This document shows positions 12,390 through 22,623 of a stretch of DNA of 32,000 nt, in pieces. The stretch comes from Wigglesworthia glossinidia endosymbiont of Glossina morsitans morsitans (Yale colony). Lineage in GTDB: Bacteria; Pseudomonadota; Gammaproteobacteria; Enterobacterales; Enterobacteriaceae. Position 1 is the stretch's first letter. The number at the start of each line of letters is the position of its first letter. The stretch lies in contig NC_016893.1 in the NCBI RefSeq assembly GCF_000247565.1, positions 240,001-272,000 of the forward strand. The letters are read 5' to 3'. The notes beneath the pieces were generated by a model. That model saw only the letters and a list, made by a program, of their open reading frames with translations, made no database searches and was not told where the DNA came from. Made by a program: the position numbers and the translations under genes.

Positions 12390-12887
12390 GTATCTAAAAA
12401 AATAGGTGATATTTTCATACTATAATAATTTATAATAATTTTTAAGATAAATGAATATTGTCTATTAAAAAAATATATTACTTTATTTTTTACTGATATA
12501 GTATATAAAAATTAATTTTAGGTTTTTTAAGAATTTAATTTTGTATTTTTTTATCAAAAACGTAAATATTTGTTATAGATCTATAATCTATATAATATAA
12601 ACACGATGAATGTTGTTTATGACGTATTTTTTATTGATTAAATAATAAAAAATAAGTGTAGTATTAATACTAAAATTTTATTTATTTTTTTAAAATTTTT
12701 CTAAAATACTTAGTCGTACAAATATTTTTTTAGATTAAAAATCTAAAATGTATGTAAAAATTAATTATTATCAATAAATAATTAAAAATTTCTTATTTTG
12801 AAGTAACAGATATTAAAATATTTTATAATGCTTTATTATATTTTAAATAATTTCAATACTTATGAGAAACATTTAGTATACAATACT

Positions 12888-13544
12888 GTGATAATAAATA
12901 AATTAAAAAAAAAAGCAGGATGGGCTGCATTAGAATACATTCAACCTGGAAATGTAGTCGGAGTAGGTAGCGGATCTACTGCGGCATATTTTATTGATGC
13001 TTTAAGTTCAGTAAAAAATTATATTAAAGGCGCAGTTTCTAGTTCTGAAATGTCTTCTTGCAAATTAAAAAATTTAGATGTTCCTTTGTTAGATTTAAAT
13101 GAAGTAGATGTGCTAGATATTTATATAGATGGTGCAGATGAAATAAATTCTAAAAAATATATGATCAAAGGAAAAGGAGCTGCGTTAACAAGAGAAAAAA
13201 TTATTGCTTCTGCAGCAAAAAAATTTATCTGTATTGTCGATAGCAGTAAAATTGTATCTGTTTTAGGAGGTGTACCGCTTCCAATCGAAGTAATACCAAT
13301 GGCAAGAACAATAGTATCTAAAAGAATAATGGATTTAGGAGGAATTCCAAAATATAGAAAAAATATAATTACAGAAAATGGTAATATTTTATTAGACGTA
13401 TACAATTTAACGATTTTTAATGCTCTTTCTTTAGAAGAAGAAATTAATAATATACCTGGAGTTGTAACAGTAGGATTATTTGCTCGTCGCGCTGCTGACA
13501 TTGCTATTATATCTGGACATCAAGGAATAAAAGTAATCGAATAA
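12888..13544 (+). CDS. rpiA: Ribose-5-phosphate isomerase A (likely GTG start at 12888; track ORF begins at ATG 12828)
   Basis: [76 protein letters not shown]; GTG start would give 218 aa versus 219 aa in E. coli. Confidence 0.94.
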   Translation: MIINKLKKKAGWAALEYIQPGNVVGVGSGSTAAYFIDALSSVKNYIKGAVSSSEMSSCKLKNLDVPLLDLNEVDVLDIYIDGADEINSKKYMIKGKGAALTREKIIASAAKKFICIVDSSKIVSVLGGVPLPIEVIPMARTIVSKRIMDLGGIPKYRKNIITENGNILLDVYNLTIFNALSLEEEINNIPGVVTVGLFARRAADIAIISGHQGIKVIE

Positions 13545-13693
13545 CAACAACGTATATATGTAAAATTTCTAATTATTAATAGAATACTGATTATGTATTT
13601 AATTTATTTATAATTTTTTTATTAAGTTTTTATTTCTAATTAATTTATTATTTCAAATAAAAGTTTATATTTTAAATTTTTTGGTAATATAAA

Positions 13694-14950
13694 ATGTGTA
13701 TAGATTATTGTGATCTTAAAAAATATGATTTTGAATTATGGAAATACATTCATCAAGAAAATAAAAGACAAGAAGAACATATCGAACTTATTGCATCTGA
13801 AAATTATGTTAGTAAATATGTGATGGATCTTCAAGGATCACTATTAACTAATAAATATGCAGAAGGTTATCCAAAAAACAGGTATTATGGAGGTTGTTCT
13901 TATATAGATAAAATTGAAAATTTAGCAATTAAAAGGGCTAAATCATTATTTGGCGCAGATTATGCAAATGTTCAACCACATTCAGGATCTCAAGCTAATT
14001 TTGCTGTTTATTCCGCTTTGTTAAAGCCAGGCGATACAGTTTTGGGCATGGATTTAAAACATGGAGGACATTTAACGCACGGATCTTCTGCAAATTTTTC
14101 TGGAAAAATATATAATTTTGTGTCATACGGAGTGAATAATTTAGGAAAAATTGATTATCAAAAATTATCTGATCTATCAAAATTACATAATCCTAAAATG
14201 ATCGTAGGAGGATTTTCTTCATATTCAGGATTTGTTGATTGGAAAAAAATGCGAAAAATATCAGATCAAATTGGAGCATATTTATTTGCTGATATTGCAC
14301 ACGTTTCTGGATTAATTATTGCTGGGATATATCCCGATGCTATTCCATATGCACATGTAGTGACGTCTACAACACATAAAACTCTAGCAGGTCCTAGAGG
14401 AGGATTAATTTTATCTAAAGAAGGTGATACTCAACTGTATAAAAAATTAGATTCTGCAGTTTTTCCCGGATCACAAGGTGGGCCTTTAATGCATATTATT
14501 GCAGCAAAAGCGCTAGCATTTAAAGAAGCTATGTCTCCAAATTTCAAAAAATATCAAAAACAAATTGTAAAAAATTCTAAAGCCATGGTAAAAGTGTTTT
14601 TATCGCGTAAATTTAAAATAATTTCGGGAGGTACTAAAAATCATTTATTTATAGTAGATTTATTAAATCGTAATATCACAGGAAAATCGGCAGAAAAAAT
14701 TTTAGAACAATCCAACATTACTGTTAATAAAAATTCTATACCAAATGATCCTTTAGGACCTTCTATAACCTCGGGCATTCGAATTGGTACACCAGCTGTA
14801 ACGCGTCGCGGTTTAAATGAAAATCATGTTAAAATTTTAGCAGAATGGATGTGTGATATATTAGATGACGTTGATAATCAAAATATAAAAAATAAAATTA
14901 AAGGTCAAGTAATACGGCTATGTAAAAAATTTCCTGTTTACAAAAATTAA
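13694..14950 (+). CDS. glyA: Serine hydroxymethyltransferase
   Basis: 418 aa; [77 protein letters not shown]. Confidence 0.98.
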   Translation: MCIDYCDLKKYDFELWKYIHQENKRQEEHIELIASENYVSKYVMDLQGSLLTNKYAEGYPKNRYYGGCSYIDKIENLAIKRAKSLFGADYANVQPHSGSQANFAVYSALLKPGDTVLGMDLKHGGHLTHGSSANFSGKIYNFVSYGVNNLGKIDYQKLSDLSKLHNPKMIVGGFSSYSGFVDWKKMRKISDQIGAYLFADIAHVSGLIIAGIYPDAIPYAHVVTSTTHKTLAGPRGGLILSKEGDTQLYKKLDSAVFPGSQGGPLMHIIAAKALAFKEAMSPNFKKYQKQIVKNSKAMVKVFLSRKFKIISGGTKNHLFIVDLLNRNITGKSAEKILEQSNITVNKNSIPNDPLGPSITSGIRIGTPAVTRRGLNENHVKILAEWMCDILDDVDNQNIKNKIKGQVIRLCKKFPVYKN

Positions 14951-14997
14951 CTGTAATAAAAAAAATTTTAAAATTCGACAAAAATTTTTAATAAAGT

Positions 14998-15507
14998 TTA
15001 AAATGGAATATCATCGTCAAAACTAATATTCATATTTTTTTTATTTAATTTTTTTTCATCATCATGGTCTAATTTATCTTCTTTTCGATTTATATTGGAT
15101 TTATTTTTTTGATCATGCCACGATACTTTGTTAGAAGTGACATCTGTTTCAGATATTTGTTTTGTTCCAAGCATTTGCATAGAACCATTAATTCCTACAA
15201 CAATCTCTGTAATATATTTATCTTGACCGTTTTGATCTTGCCATTTTCTCGTTTGTAAACTTCCTTCGATATATACTTGAGAACCTTTTCGTAAATATTC
15301 TCCTGCTATCTCAGCTAATTTACCAAATAAAACTATTCTATGCCATTCAGTTTTTTCTTTAATTTCTCCAGTATTTTTATCGCGCCAATTTTCAGATGTA
15401 GCAAGTGTTATGTTCGCAACAGCATTGCCGTTGGGTATATAACGTATATCTGGATTTTGCCCTAAATATCCAATTAAAATTACTTTGTTTATACCTCTAC
15501 TAGTCAT
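14998..15507 (-). CDS. ssb: Single-stranded DNA-binding protein
   Basis: 169 aa; [64 protein letters not shown]; conserved C-terminal acidic tip DDIPF. Confidence 0.96.
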   Translation of the reverse strand: MTSRGINKVILIGYLGQNPDIRYIPNGNAVANITLATSENWRDKNTGEIKEKTEWHRIVLFGKLAEIAGEYLRKGSQVYIEGSLQTRKWQDQNGQDKYITEIVVGINGSMQMLGTKQISETDVTSNKVSWHDQKNKSNINRKEDKLDHDDEKKLNKKNMNISFDDDIPF

Positions 15508-15571
15508 TAGTTCTCCGAAGAATTAATATTTATTTTTTATAATTTAAATAATAGATATTATCTAAATATTA

Positions 15572-16972
15572 TTATTCGTAATAATTATGTGAATAGTTAT
15601 CAAATCTAGACCATTTCCCATTAAAAGTTAAACGAATTGTGCCTATCGGACCATTACGTTGTTTACCTAAAATAATTTCTGCTACTCCTTTTGTTTCATT
15701 ATTTTCATTATATACTTCATCTCGATAAATAAACATAATTACGTCTGCATCTTGTTCAATCGATCCGGATTCTCTTAAATCTGAATTAATTGGTCTTTTA
15801 TCAGATCGTTGTTCTAAACTTCGATTAAGTTGTGACAATGCAATCACGGGAACTTGAAGTTCTTTTGCTAGCGCTTTTAAAGATCTTGAGATTTCTGCAA
15901 TTTCCAATGTTCTATTATTAAATATTGTAGGAGCGTGCATAAGTTGCAAGTAGTCAATCATAATCAAACTTAATCCTGAATGTTCACGAAAAATTCGTCT
16001 TGACCTGGATCGAATTTCTGTTATTGTTAGTTTAGAAGAATCATCAATATAGATATTTTTCTTTTTTAATAATGTTTCTACGGTATTTGATATACGTTCC
16101 CAATCTTCTTTTGTTAATTTACCGGTTCTCAATCGACTTTGATCTACTCTTGATAAAGATGACAGTATACGCATCATAATTTGTTCGCCTGACATTTCTA
16201 AACTAAAAATTAAAACTGGTTTACTTTCGTTTATTGCAGCATATTCGCATAAATTAATAGCAAAAGTTGTTTTTCCCATTGAAGGTCGTGCCGCAATAAT
16301 AATTAAATCTGACTTTTGTAATCCAGAAGTTTTTTTATCTAAATCTTGATATCCACTAGAAATTCCAATAATTTCGTTTTTTGGTTCTTGATATAATTTT
16401 TCTATTTTTTCTACTGTATTAGTTAAAACTGATTCAATGTTTTTAGGTCCTTCATTTTTTCTATTTTGATTTTCTGCTATTTGAAATACGCGTGATTCTG
16501 CTAAATCTAATAAATCTGAGCTACTACGTCCTTTAGGATTGTAGCCTGCGTCAAAAATTTCTTGTGCGACATGTATAATTTGTCTAATTATGGCTCGTTC
16601 GCGAACAATTTCTGAATAAATAAAGATATTTGTAGTACTAGGAATATTTTTTGACAGTTCTGCTAAATATGCAAATCCTCCAACTAATTTAAGTTTACCT
16701 TTTTGTTCAAGAGATTCTGAAACAGTAATTAAATCAATTGGTTTTCCGATATCGCATAATTCATGCATTTCTTGAAAAATTAATTGATGTGATTTATTAA
16801 AAAAATCATTACAATTAATTTTATCTGATATTTCATCCCAGTAATCATTATTTAACATTAGACTACCTATAATAGATTGCTCTGCTTCTAAAGAATGTGG
16901 AGGCATTCTGACATTGTAACTTGAATAAGATGATCTGTGATTAATATATTTAGATGATATAGACATGTTCAT
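15572..16972 (-). CDS. dnaB: Replicative DNA helicase DnaB
   Basis: 466 aa; MPPHSLEAEQSIIGSLMLN, IIAARPSMGKTTFAINL (Walker A), LSLIMIDYLQLM, LSQLNRSLEQRSDKRPINSDLRESGSIEQDADVIMFIYRDE. Confidence 0.98.
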   Translation of the reverse strand: MNMSISSKYINHRSSYSSYNVRMPPHSLEAEQSIIGSLMLNNDYWDEISDKINCNDFFNKSHQLIFQEMHELCDIGKPIDLITVSESLEQKGKLKLVGGFAYLAELSKNIPSTTNIFIYSEIVRERAIIRQIIHVAQEIFDAGYNPKGRSSSDLLDLAESRVFQIAENQNRKNEGPKNIESVLTNTVEKIEKLYQEPKNEIIGISSGYQDLDKKTSGLQKSDLIIIAARPSMGKTTFAINLCEYAAINESKPVLIFSLEMSGEQIMMRILSSLSRVDQSRLRTGKLTKEDWERISNTVETLLKKKNIYIDDSSKLTITEIRSRSRRIFREHSGLSLIMIDYLQLMHAPTIFNNRTLEIAEISRSLKALAKELQVPVIALSQLNRSLEQRSDKRPINSDLRESGSIEQDADVIMFIYRDEVYNENNETKGVAEIILGKQRNGPIGTIRLTFNGKWSRFDNYSHNYYE

Positions 16973-17083
16973 TTAAAAATGAAAATTTATTTTTAATTAA
17001 TTTAAATTTAAACTGATATTCTATCACACAACGTATCAGAAAATTATAGAAAATATTTTTTGTTAAACAATTCTTACATAAAT

Positions 17084-17815
17084 TTATTTAAAATGATTAA
17101 ATTTTAATATTTCTTCATTAAGAATGCTGATTTTTTTTTGAACTAAATCATAACAATCTTGAGACAACTGTCTTGCCTGATTAATGCGATATTTTTTTAT
17201 ATTAATTGGAGATAAAACTTCAATTATTACTATGCCGTTATTATACTTGTTTATTTTTATTTGAGATGTATCTGAAACGCAAATTGGAACAATAGGAACT
17301 TGAGCATGTAACGCGATATGGAATGCTCCTGATTTAAATGGTAATAATCCTTTTCCTCTACTTCGAGTGCCTTCTGGAAACATCCAAATTGATGTTTTTT
17401 GATCTTTTAAAATAGAAGTAACTTTTTTTAATGATTTTAAAGAACTAATTTTATTTTTTCTATCTATCAATAAATTACCTGATATCCAATATAAAATACC
17501 AAAAAAAGGAATCCATATTAAACTTTTTTTTCCTATCGTAATAGTATTTTTTTTTATTACTCGAGATACTGTTATCATATCAAAATTATTTTGATGATTA
17601 GCTATATATACGCAATTTTTTGGAAAATTTATATTTTTTGGATAACGTATAATAACTTTAATTCCAAATATACAATAAAGATGTCCAAAAATTCTACCAA
17701 ATTTATATGCATGACATGAATTGCATGGTTTATATAGTGCACAATAAATTGATCCTATTATGCAAATTAAAATACAAATTATTAATAATACTAACATGCG
17801 AAAAATGGCTAACAT
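17084..17815 (-). CDS. plsC: 1-acyl-sn-glycerol-3-phosphate acyltransferase
   Basis: 243 aa; YIANHQNNFD (NHx4D acyltransferase motif), MFPEGTRSRGKGLLPFKSGAFHIALHAQVPIVPICVS. Confidence 0.93.
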   Translation of the reverse strand: MLAIFRMLVLLIICILICIIGSIYCALYKPCNSCHAYKFGRIFGHLYCIFGIKVIIRYPKNINFPKNCVYIANHQNNFDMITVSRVIKKNTITIGKKSLIWIPFFGILYWISGNLLIDRKNKISSLKSLKKVTSILKDQKTSIWMFPEGTRSRGKGLLPFKSGAFHIALHAQVPIVPICVSDTSQIKINKYNNGIVIIEVLSPINIKKYRINQARQLSQDCYDLVQKKISILNEEILKFNHFK

Positions 17816-17935
17816 TTTTTTAAAAATGATATTTATTATTTATTAATATTATAATATATAAATTTGATTAACGAAATATTTCTCCAAATTTTAATAAAAT
17901 CAATGTTTTATATAGATAATCAAAAACATGATATA

Positions 17936-18796
17936 TCAATTAACTGTAATTTTTTTCATAAATCTTTCATAAATTTTATCTATATAGGGAAACATTCCGT
18001 GCCATAATAAAAATGTATGGGCCGCTTGTGCAATTAACATACCAAACCCATCAAAACAATTTTTAGCACCTTTTTCTTTACAATGTACAAGAAATTGTGT
18101 CTTTTTATTTTTTTTATAAAACATATCATAACAAAAAACATTTTCATTAATTATGTCATAATTAATATTAGGTGCTTGATTATATATTCCGCAAGAAGTT
18201 GCATTAATAATTAGATTATAATTTTCTTTTGTTATATCTTTCATGGGTAATACTTTTATCTGATGTTTATAAGATTGATATAATTGAGCAATTTTAAATG
18301 CTTTGGAAATTGTACGATTTGTCATTGTAAGATTACAACCAAAATTTAACAAATAATTTACCGAACTAGCAGCTGCATTTCCTGAACCGATCAACAACAA
18401 TTTGCTATTTTTTTTTATTATGTTTAATCTATTTAAATCATATATTAATCCAATACCGTCTGTATCATCTCCTAACAACAAGCCATTAGGTTGCTTTTTA
18501 ATTGTATTTATTGATTTTGACATAAAAGCACGTTTTGTAATTTGATCACATAAAAAAAAACTACGTTTTTTAAAAGGTGTAGTAATGTTTGCTCCTAAAC
18601 CTCCGGAATTAAAAAAATCTTTTACTTTTTTTTCAAAAGTATATTTTTTGACTAAATGTTTTCGATATTTATATTTAAGTCCAGTAAATTTTTGAAATTC
18701 CTGATGTATTTCTGGGGAACAACTATGTTCCACAGGATTTCCAAATAGAGCAAAAACATTATTTAATGACATTTTTTTATCCTTTACGAATAACAC
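17936..18796 (-). CDS. aroE: Shikimate dehydrogenase
   Basis: 286 aa; FALFGNPVEHSCSPEIHQEF, GGLGANITTPFKKRSF, LLIGSGNAAASSVNYLL, YDMFYKKNKKTQFL; ends in TGA. Confidence 0.93.
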   Translation of the reverse strand: MLFVKDKKMSLNNVFALFGNPVEHSCSPEIHQEFQKFTGLKYKYRKHLVKKYTFEKKVKDFFNSGGLGANITTPFKKRSFFLCDQITKRAFMSKSINTIKKQPNGLLLGDDTDGIGLIYDLNRLNIIKKNSKLLLIGSGNAAASSVNYLLNFGCNLTMTNRTISKAFKIAQLYQSYKHQIKVLPMKDITKENYNLIINATSCGIYNQAPNINYDIINENVFCYDMFYKKNKKTQFLVHCKEKGAKNCFDGFGMLIAQAAHTFLLWHGMFPYIDKIYERFMKKITVN

Positions 18797-19337
18797 GATT
18801 ATTAAATATATTTCTTATTTCAGAAGGATTTTGATAAAGTCCAATAGGATAATCTAAAATTTTTATATTTTCCCCGAATTGTTTATATACTTCGTTTGAA
18901 GTTTTTGCTGGAATTTTTCCAGATAAGTTTGCACTAGTAGAAATTAGTGGTTTTCCAAACATATTACAAATTTTTATAATCGGAAAAAAAGCACTCACCC
19001 GAACTGCTAACATGCTATTTTCCCCGATTAACCATGGAGAAATAGTATTTTTTGGAGGCATTAACCATGTTATAAATCCAGGCCAAGTTAAAAAAATTTT
19101 TTTTAATATATTTTTACTAATTAGATTGTAGTTAATATATTTTTTCAACTGAAAAAAATTAGATGCAACTAATATAAATCCTTTTTCTTTATTTCTTTTT
19201 TTTAAAATTAACAATTTTTTGACTGCAGAAAATGAATCTGGATCACAGCCTAATCCAAACACTGCTTCTGTCGGATATGCAATAACTTTTTTCTGATGCA
19301 GTGCGCTTATAATTTCTACAAAGTTATTAGTATTCAT
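18777..19337 (-). CDS. tsaC: Threonylcarbamoyl-AMP synthase (YrdC/RimN family)
   Basis: 186 aa; VIAYPTEAVFGLGCDPDS, LKKRNKEKGFILVA, WPGFITWLMP, SAVRVSAFF (VR.P-like), LISTSANLSGKIP; overlaps aroE by 20 nt, as part of the tsaC-aroE pair of E. coli. Confidence 0.93.
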   Translation of the reverse strand: MNTNNFVEIISALHQKKVIAYPTEAVFGLGCDPDSFSAVKKLLILKKRNKEKGFILVASNFFQLKKYINYNLISKNILKKIFLTWPGFITWLMPPKNTISPWLIGENSMLAVRVSAFFPIIKICNMFGKPLISTSANLSGKIPAKTSNEVYKQFGENIKILDYPIGLYQNPSEIRNIFNNRVIRKG

Positions 19338-19496
19338 AATATTATAAAAATTTTGTTATTTATTTTATAAAAGAATTATACATATTAATATCATAGATAT
19401 ATAATAAAATATCTAATATATATAGGAAATGATATTCTAAAAATTTTATTCGAAATAAATAATTATATAATTAAAAACTACTATTTTTTTTAATAT

Positions 19497-19524
19497 TTAA
19501 CATTAACAAAAAATGCGCTATAAT
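19497..19524 (+). promoter_or_regulatory. Candidate sigma-70 promoter for def-fmt
   Basis: TTAACA (19497-19502) - 16 nt - TATAAT (19519-19524, perfect consensus), preceded by a locally GC-rich GCGC; about 180 nt upstream of the def ATG. Confidence 0.4.
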
Positions 19525-19702
19525 CTTGTTTGAAAAAGAAAAAATTTTTATTCAGTTTGATTTTTTATTTAGACAAAGTTTATTAAAAATTAAAAAAATA
19601 AAAAAACTTTGTTTAAAATTACTCAAATGTTTAAAATTCTAAAATTTACAAATACAGTACAAGAAAAATATTTTGCTCTTATTTTTTTAAATTATATATA
19701 TT

Positions 19703-20158
19703 ATGTCTATATTATCAATACTACATTATCCAGATAAAAGATTAAGAAATGTTGCATCTTCGGTAACTTCAATAAATAAAAAAATACAAACACTTATAGA
19801 TAATATGTTTGAAACAATGTATTTACAAGAAGGTATCGGTTTAGCAGCAACACAAGTTGATATTCATAAAAGAATTATCGTAATTGATACATCCAAACAA
19901 AAGAACGAAAAGATAGTGTTAATTAATCCAAAATTTTTAAATAAATACGGAAGTGAAATTTTTGAAGAAGGATGTTTATCTATCCCTAATATGCGCGTAT
20001 ATGTATCTCGATCTAGCACAGTGAAAATAGAAGCTTTCAATTATTACGGAAAAAAATTTTTTTTAAAAGCTACAGGATTATTGTCTAGTTGTATTCAACA
20101 CGAAATGGATCATTTAATTGGAAAATTACTTATCGATCATTCAATTCGAAAATTATAA
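19703..20158 (+). CDS. def: Peptide deformylase, shortened C-terminus
   Basis: 151 aa; [28 protein letters not shown] - all three PDF motifs; about 18 aa shorter than the 169-aa E. coli protein at the C-terminus. Confidence 0.96.
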   Translation: MSILSILHYPDKRLRNVASSVTSINKKIQTLIDNMFETMYLQEGIGLAATQVDIHKRIIVIDTSKQKNEKIVLINPKFLNKYGSEIFEEGCLSIPNMRVYVSRSSTVKIEAFNYYGKKFFLKATGLLSSCIQHEMDHLIGKLLIDHSIRKL

Positions 20159-20216
20159 AAAAATAATAACTATTTAATTCATAACTATACAAATTTAAAA
20201 TAATGTTACTTCAAAT

Positions 20217-21176
20217 ATGCACATATCAAAATCTTTAAAAATTATTTTCGCTGGCACATCCTATTTTTCTAGTAAATTTTTAAATATTTTACTACATTCT
20301 CAACATATTGTCGCTGGCATTTTAACGCAACCAGATCGTGCTTCTGGAAGGGGACAACAAATACATGAAAGTCCAATAAAAAAAATAGCAAAAAATTACA
20401 ATATCCCTATATTTCAACCATTTTCTTCAAAAGATTTAGATAATATTATAGATGTTTTAAAATTAATAAACTGCGATATAATTTTAGTAATTGCATATAA
20501 AATAGTATTATCAAAAAAAATTTTATCTTTGCCTAAATTAGGATGCATTAATTTACATGGATCTTTATTACCACGTTGGCGTGGATCTTCTCCTGTGCAC
20601 AGAGCAATTCAATTTGGTGACAAAAAAACAGGTATTACATTTATTAAAATGGACGAAGGTATAGATACAGGACCTATACTATATACATGCAAATGTAATA
20701 TTACAAATTTTGATACTACAGAAACTTTATTAAACAAATTATACAAAATTGGAAAATGTGCAATCATCAAAGTTTTATATAAATTATCTATCGGAAATTT
20801 TCATTTATATCCGCAAAATAATTTGCTAGCAACATATGCGAAAAAAATCAATAAAAATGAAGCAAAAATTGACTGGAAAATTCCAGCAATACAATTAGAA
20901 AGAAATATTCGTGCTTTTAATCCTTGGCCAATAAGTTACTTTTGGATATCGCAAACATATGTAAAAATATGGAAAGCAAAAACTGATAAAAATAATATAT
21001 TCTTTCATTCTCCGGGAGAAATATTGAAAATTAATTCTCATGGAGTATATATAAGTACAAGTCAAGGAATATTAATTTTGCAAATTTTACAATTATCAGG
21101 GCGGAAAAAAAATTTTATAAAAGAATCTTGGCATACATATAGAAAATTATTTATTCCAGGAAATTTTTTACTATAA
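20217..21176 (+). CDS. fmt: Methionyl-tRNA formyltransferase
   Basis: 319 aa; LKIIFAGTSYFSSKFL, GILTQPDRASGRGQ, GCINLHGSLLPRWRGSSPVHRAI, DEGIDTGPIL; downstream of def as in E. coli. Confidence 0.97.
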   Translation: MHISKSLKIIFAGTSYFSSKFLNILLHSQHIVAGILTQPDRASGRGQQIHESPIKKIAKNYNIPIFQPFSSKDLDNIIDVLKLINCDIILVIAYKIVLSKKILSLPKLGCINLHGSLLPRWRGSSPVHRAIQFGDKKTGITFIKMDEGIDTGPILYTCKCNITNFDTTETLLNKLYKIGKCAIIKVLYKLSIGNFHLYPQNNLLATYAKKINKNEAKIDWKIPAIQLERNIRAFNPWPISYFWISQTYVKIWKAKTDKNNIFFHSPGEILKINSHGVYISTSQGILILQILQLSGRKKNFIKESWHTYRKLFIPGNFLL

Positions 21177-21243
21177 AATAATTAATAAATATATTGAATT
21201 CAAATACACTATACAATGTAAAAATTAGATTATAAATATTACT

Positions 21244-22623
21244 ATGAAAATTATAATTTTAGGTGCAGGTCAAGTCGGAGGAACGTTAGCAGAAAATTTA
21301 TCTAGCGAGCATAACGATATTACTATTATAGATACAGATGAATATAAACTAAGACAATTACAAGAAAAATATGATTTAAAAACTATTCAAGGACATGCAT
21401 CGCATCCAACAATTTTGAAAGATGCCCAAGCAGAAGATGCAGACGTATTAATAGCTGCTACTTATTCCGACGAAATTAATATTTTAGCATGTCAAATAGC
21501 CTATATTTTATTTAGAACACCAAACCGAATTGCACGTATTCGTTCTACGGATTATATTCAAGAATCTTTGAAATTGTTTAACCCTGCTTCTATACCAATA
21601 GACTATTTAATTTCTCCTGAAATGATAATAGCAAAAAATATTTTTAATCTTATTGAACATCCTGGAGCATTACAATTTTTTATATTTTCTATTGATAAAA
21701 TTAGCTTAGTTTCTTTAAAAATTTCAGATGCTTCAATTGAATTAGTAGAACATATTATTTTATTGCTTCCAGAAAGCGTAATAAATTCCGGAACACGTAT
21801 TGCAGCTATTTTAAGAAATAAAACGTTTATTAATCCTCAAAGTTCTACTCATATAGAAATAGGCGATGAAATTTTTTTTATTACTACAGTAGAAAATGTG
21901 AAGTTAATAACTAATGAATTTCAAAAAATAGAAAAACCATATAAACGCATTATGATTGTAGGCGGTGGAAATATTGGAGCAATGTTAGCTAATAAATTAG
22001 AAAAAAATTATCAGGTTAAACTAATTGAAAAAAATCAAAGAAGAGCAGCAGAATTAGCAAAAAAATTAAAGAATACTATAGTATTCTATGGAAATGCATC
22101 TAATGAAGAATTATTAATTCAAGAACATATTGATCAAGTAGAAGTATTTATTTCGATTACAGATGATGATGAAGCGAATATTATGTCTGCAATGTTAGCT
22201 AAGAAAATGGGTGCAAAAAAAGTACTAGCATTAATACAAAGAAAAGCATATGTGGATTTAGTACAAGGCAGCATGATTGACATTGCTATTTCTCCGCAAG
22301 AAGCAACTATTTCTGCTTTTTTAAAATATTTAGGAAATACAAATGTAATAAATAACTTTGTTATCAGAAATGGTGTAGCAGAAGTATTAGAAGCAGTTGT
22401 AAAAGGAGATGAAACTACTTCTCAAATTATTGGGAGAGAAATATGCGACATTAAATTACCTCCTGGAACTATTATAGGTGCAATTATCAGGAATTCAAAA
22501 ATTGTTTCCGAACAAAAATATAATCCTATACAAAAAAACGATCATTTTATTATATTTTTAACTGAAAAAAGATTCATTAAAGATATAGAACGACTATTTG
22601 AACCAAATCCTTTTTTTCTTTAA
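21244..22623 (+). CDS. trkA: Trk potassium uptake system NAD-binding regulatory subunit TrkA
   Basis: 459 aa; two RCK/TrkA-N modules: MKIIILGAGQVGGTLAENL and IMIVGGGNIGAMLANKLE; def-fmt-(rsmB)-trkA synteny. Confidence 0.95.
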   Translation: MKIIILGAGQVGGTLAENLSSEHNDITIIDTDEYKLRQLQEKYDLKTIQGHASHPTILKDAQAEDADVLIAATYSDEINILACQIAYILFRTPNRIARIRSTDYIQESLKLFNPASIPIDYLISPEMIIAKNIFNLIEHPGALQFFIFSIDKISLVSLKISDASIELVEHIILLLPESVINSGTRIAAILRNKTFINPQSSTHIEIGDEIFFITTVENVKLITNEFQKIEKPYKRIMIVGGGNIGAMLANKLEKNYQVKLIEKNQRRAAELAKKLKNTIVFYGNASNEELLIQEHIDQVEVFISITDDDEANIMSAMLAKKMGAKKVLALIQRKAYVDLVQGSMIDIAISPQEATISAFLKYLGNTNVINNFVIRNGVAEVLEAVVKGDETTSQIIGREICDIKLPPGTIIGAIIRNSKIVSEQKYNPIQKNDHFIIFLTEKRFIKDIERLFEPNPFFL

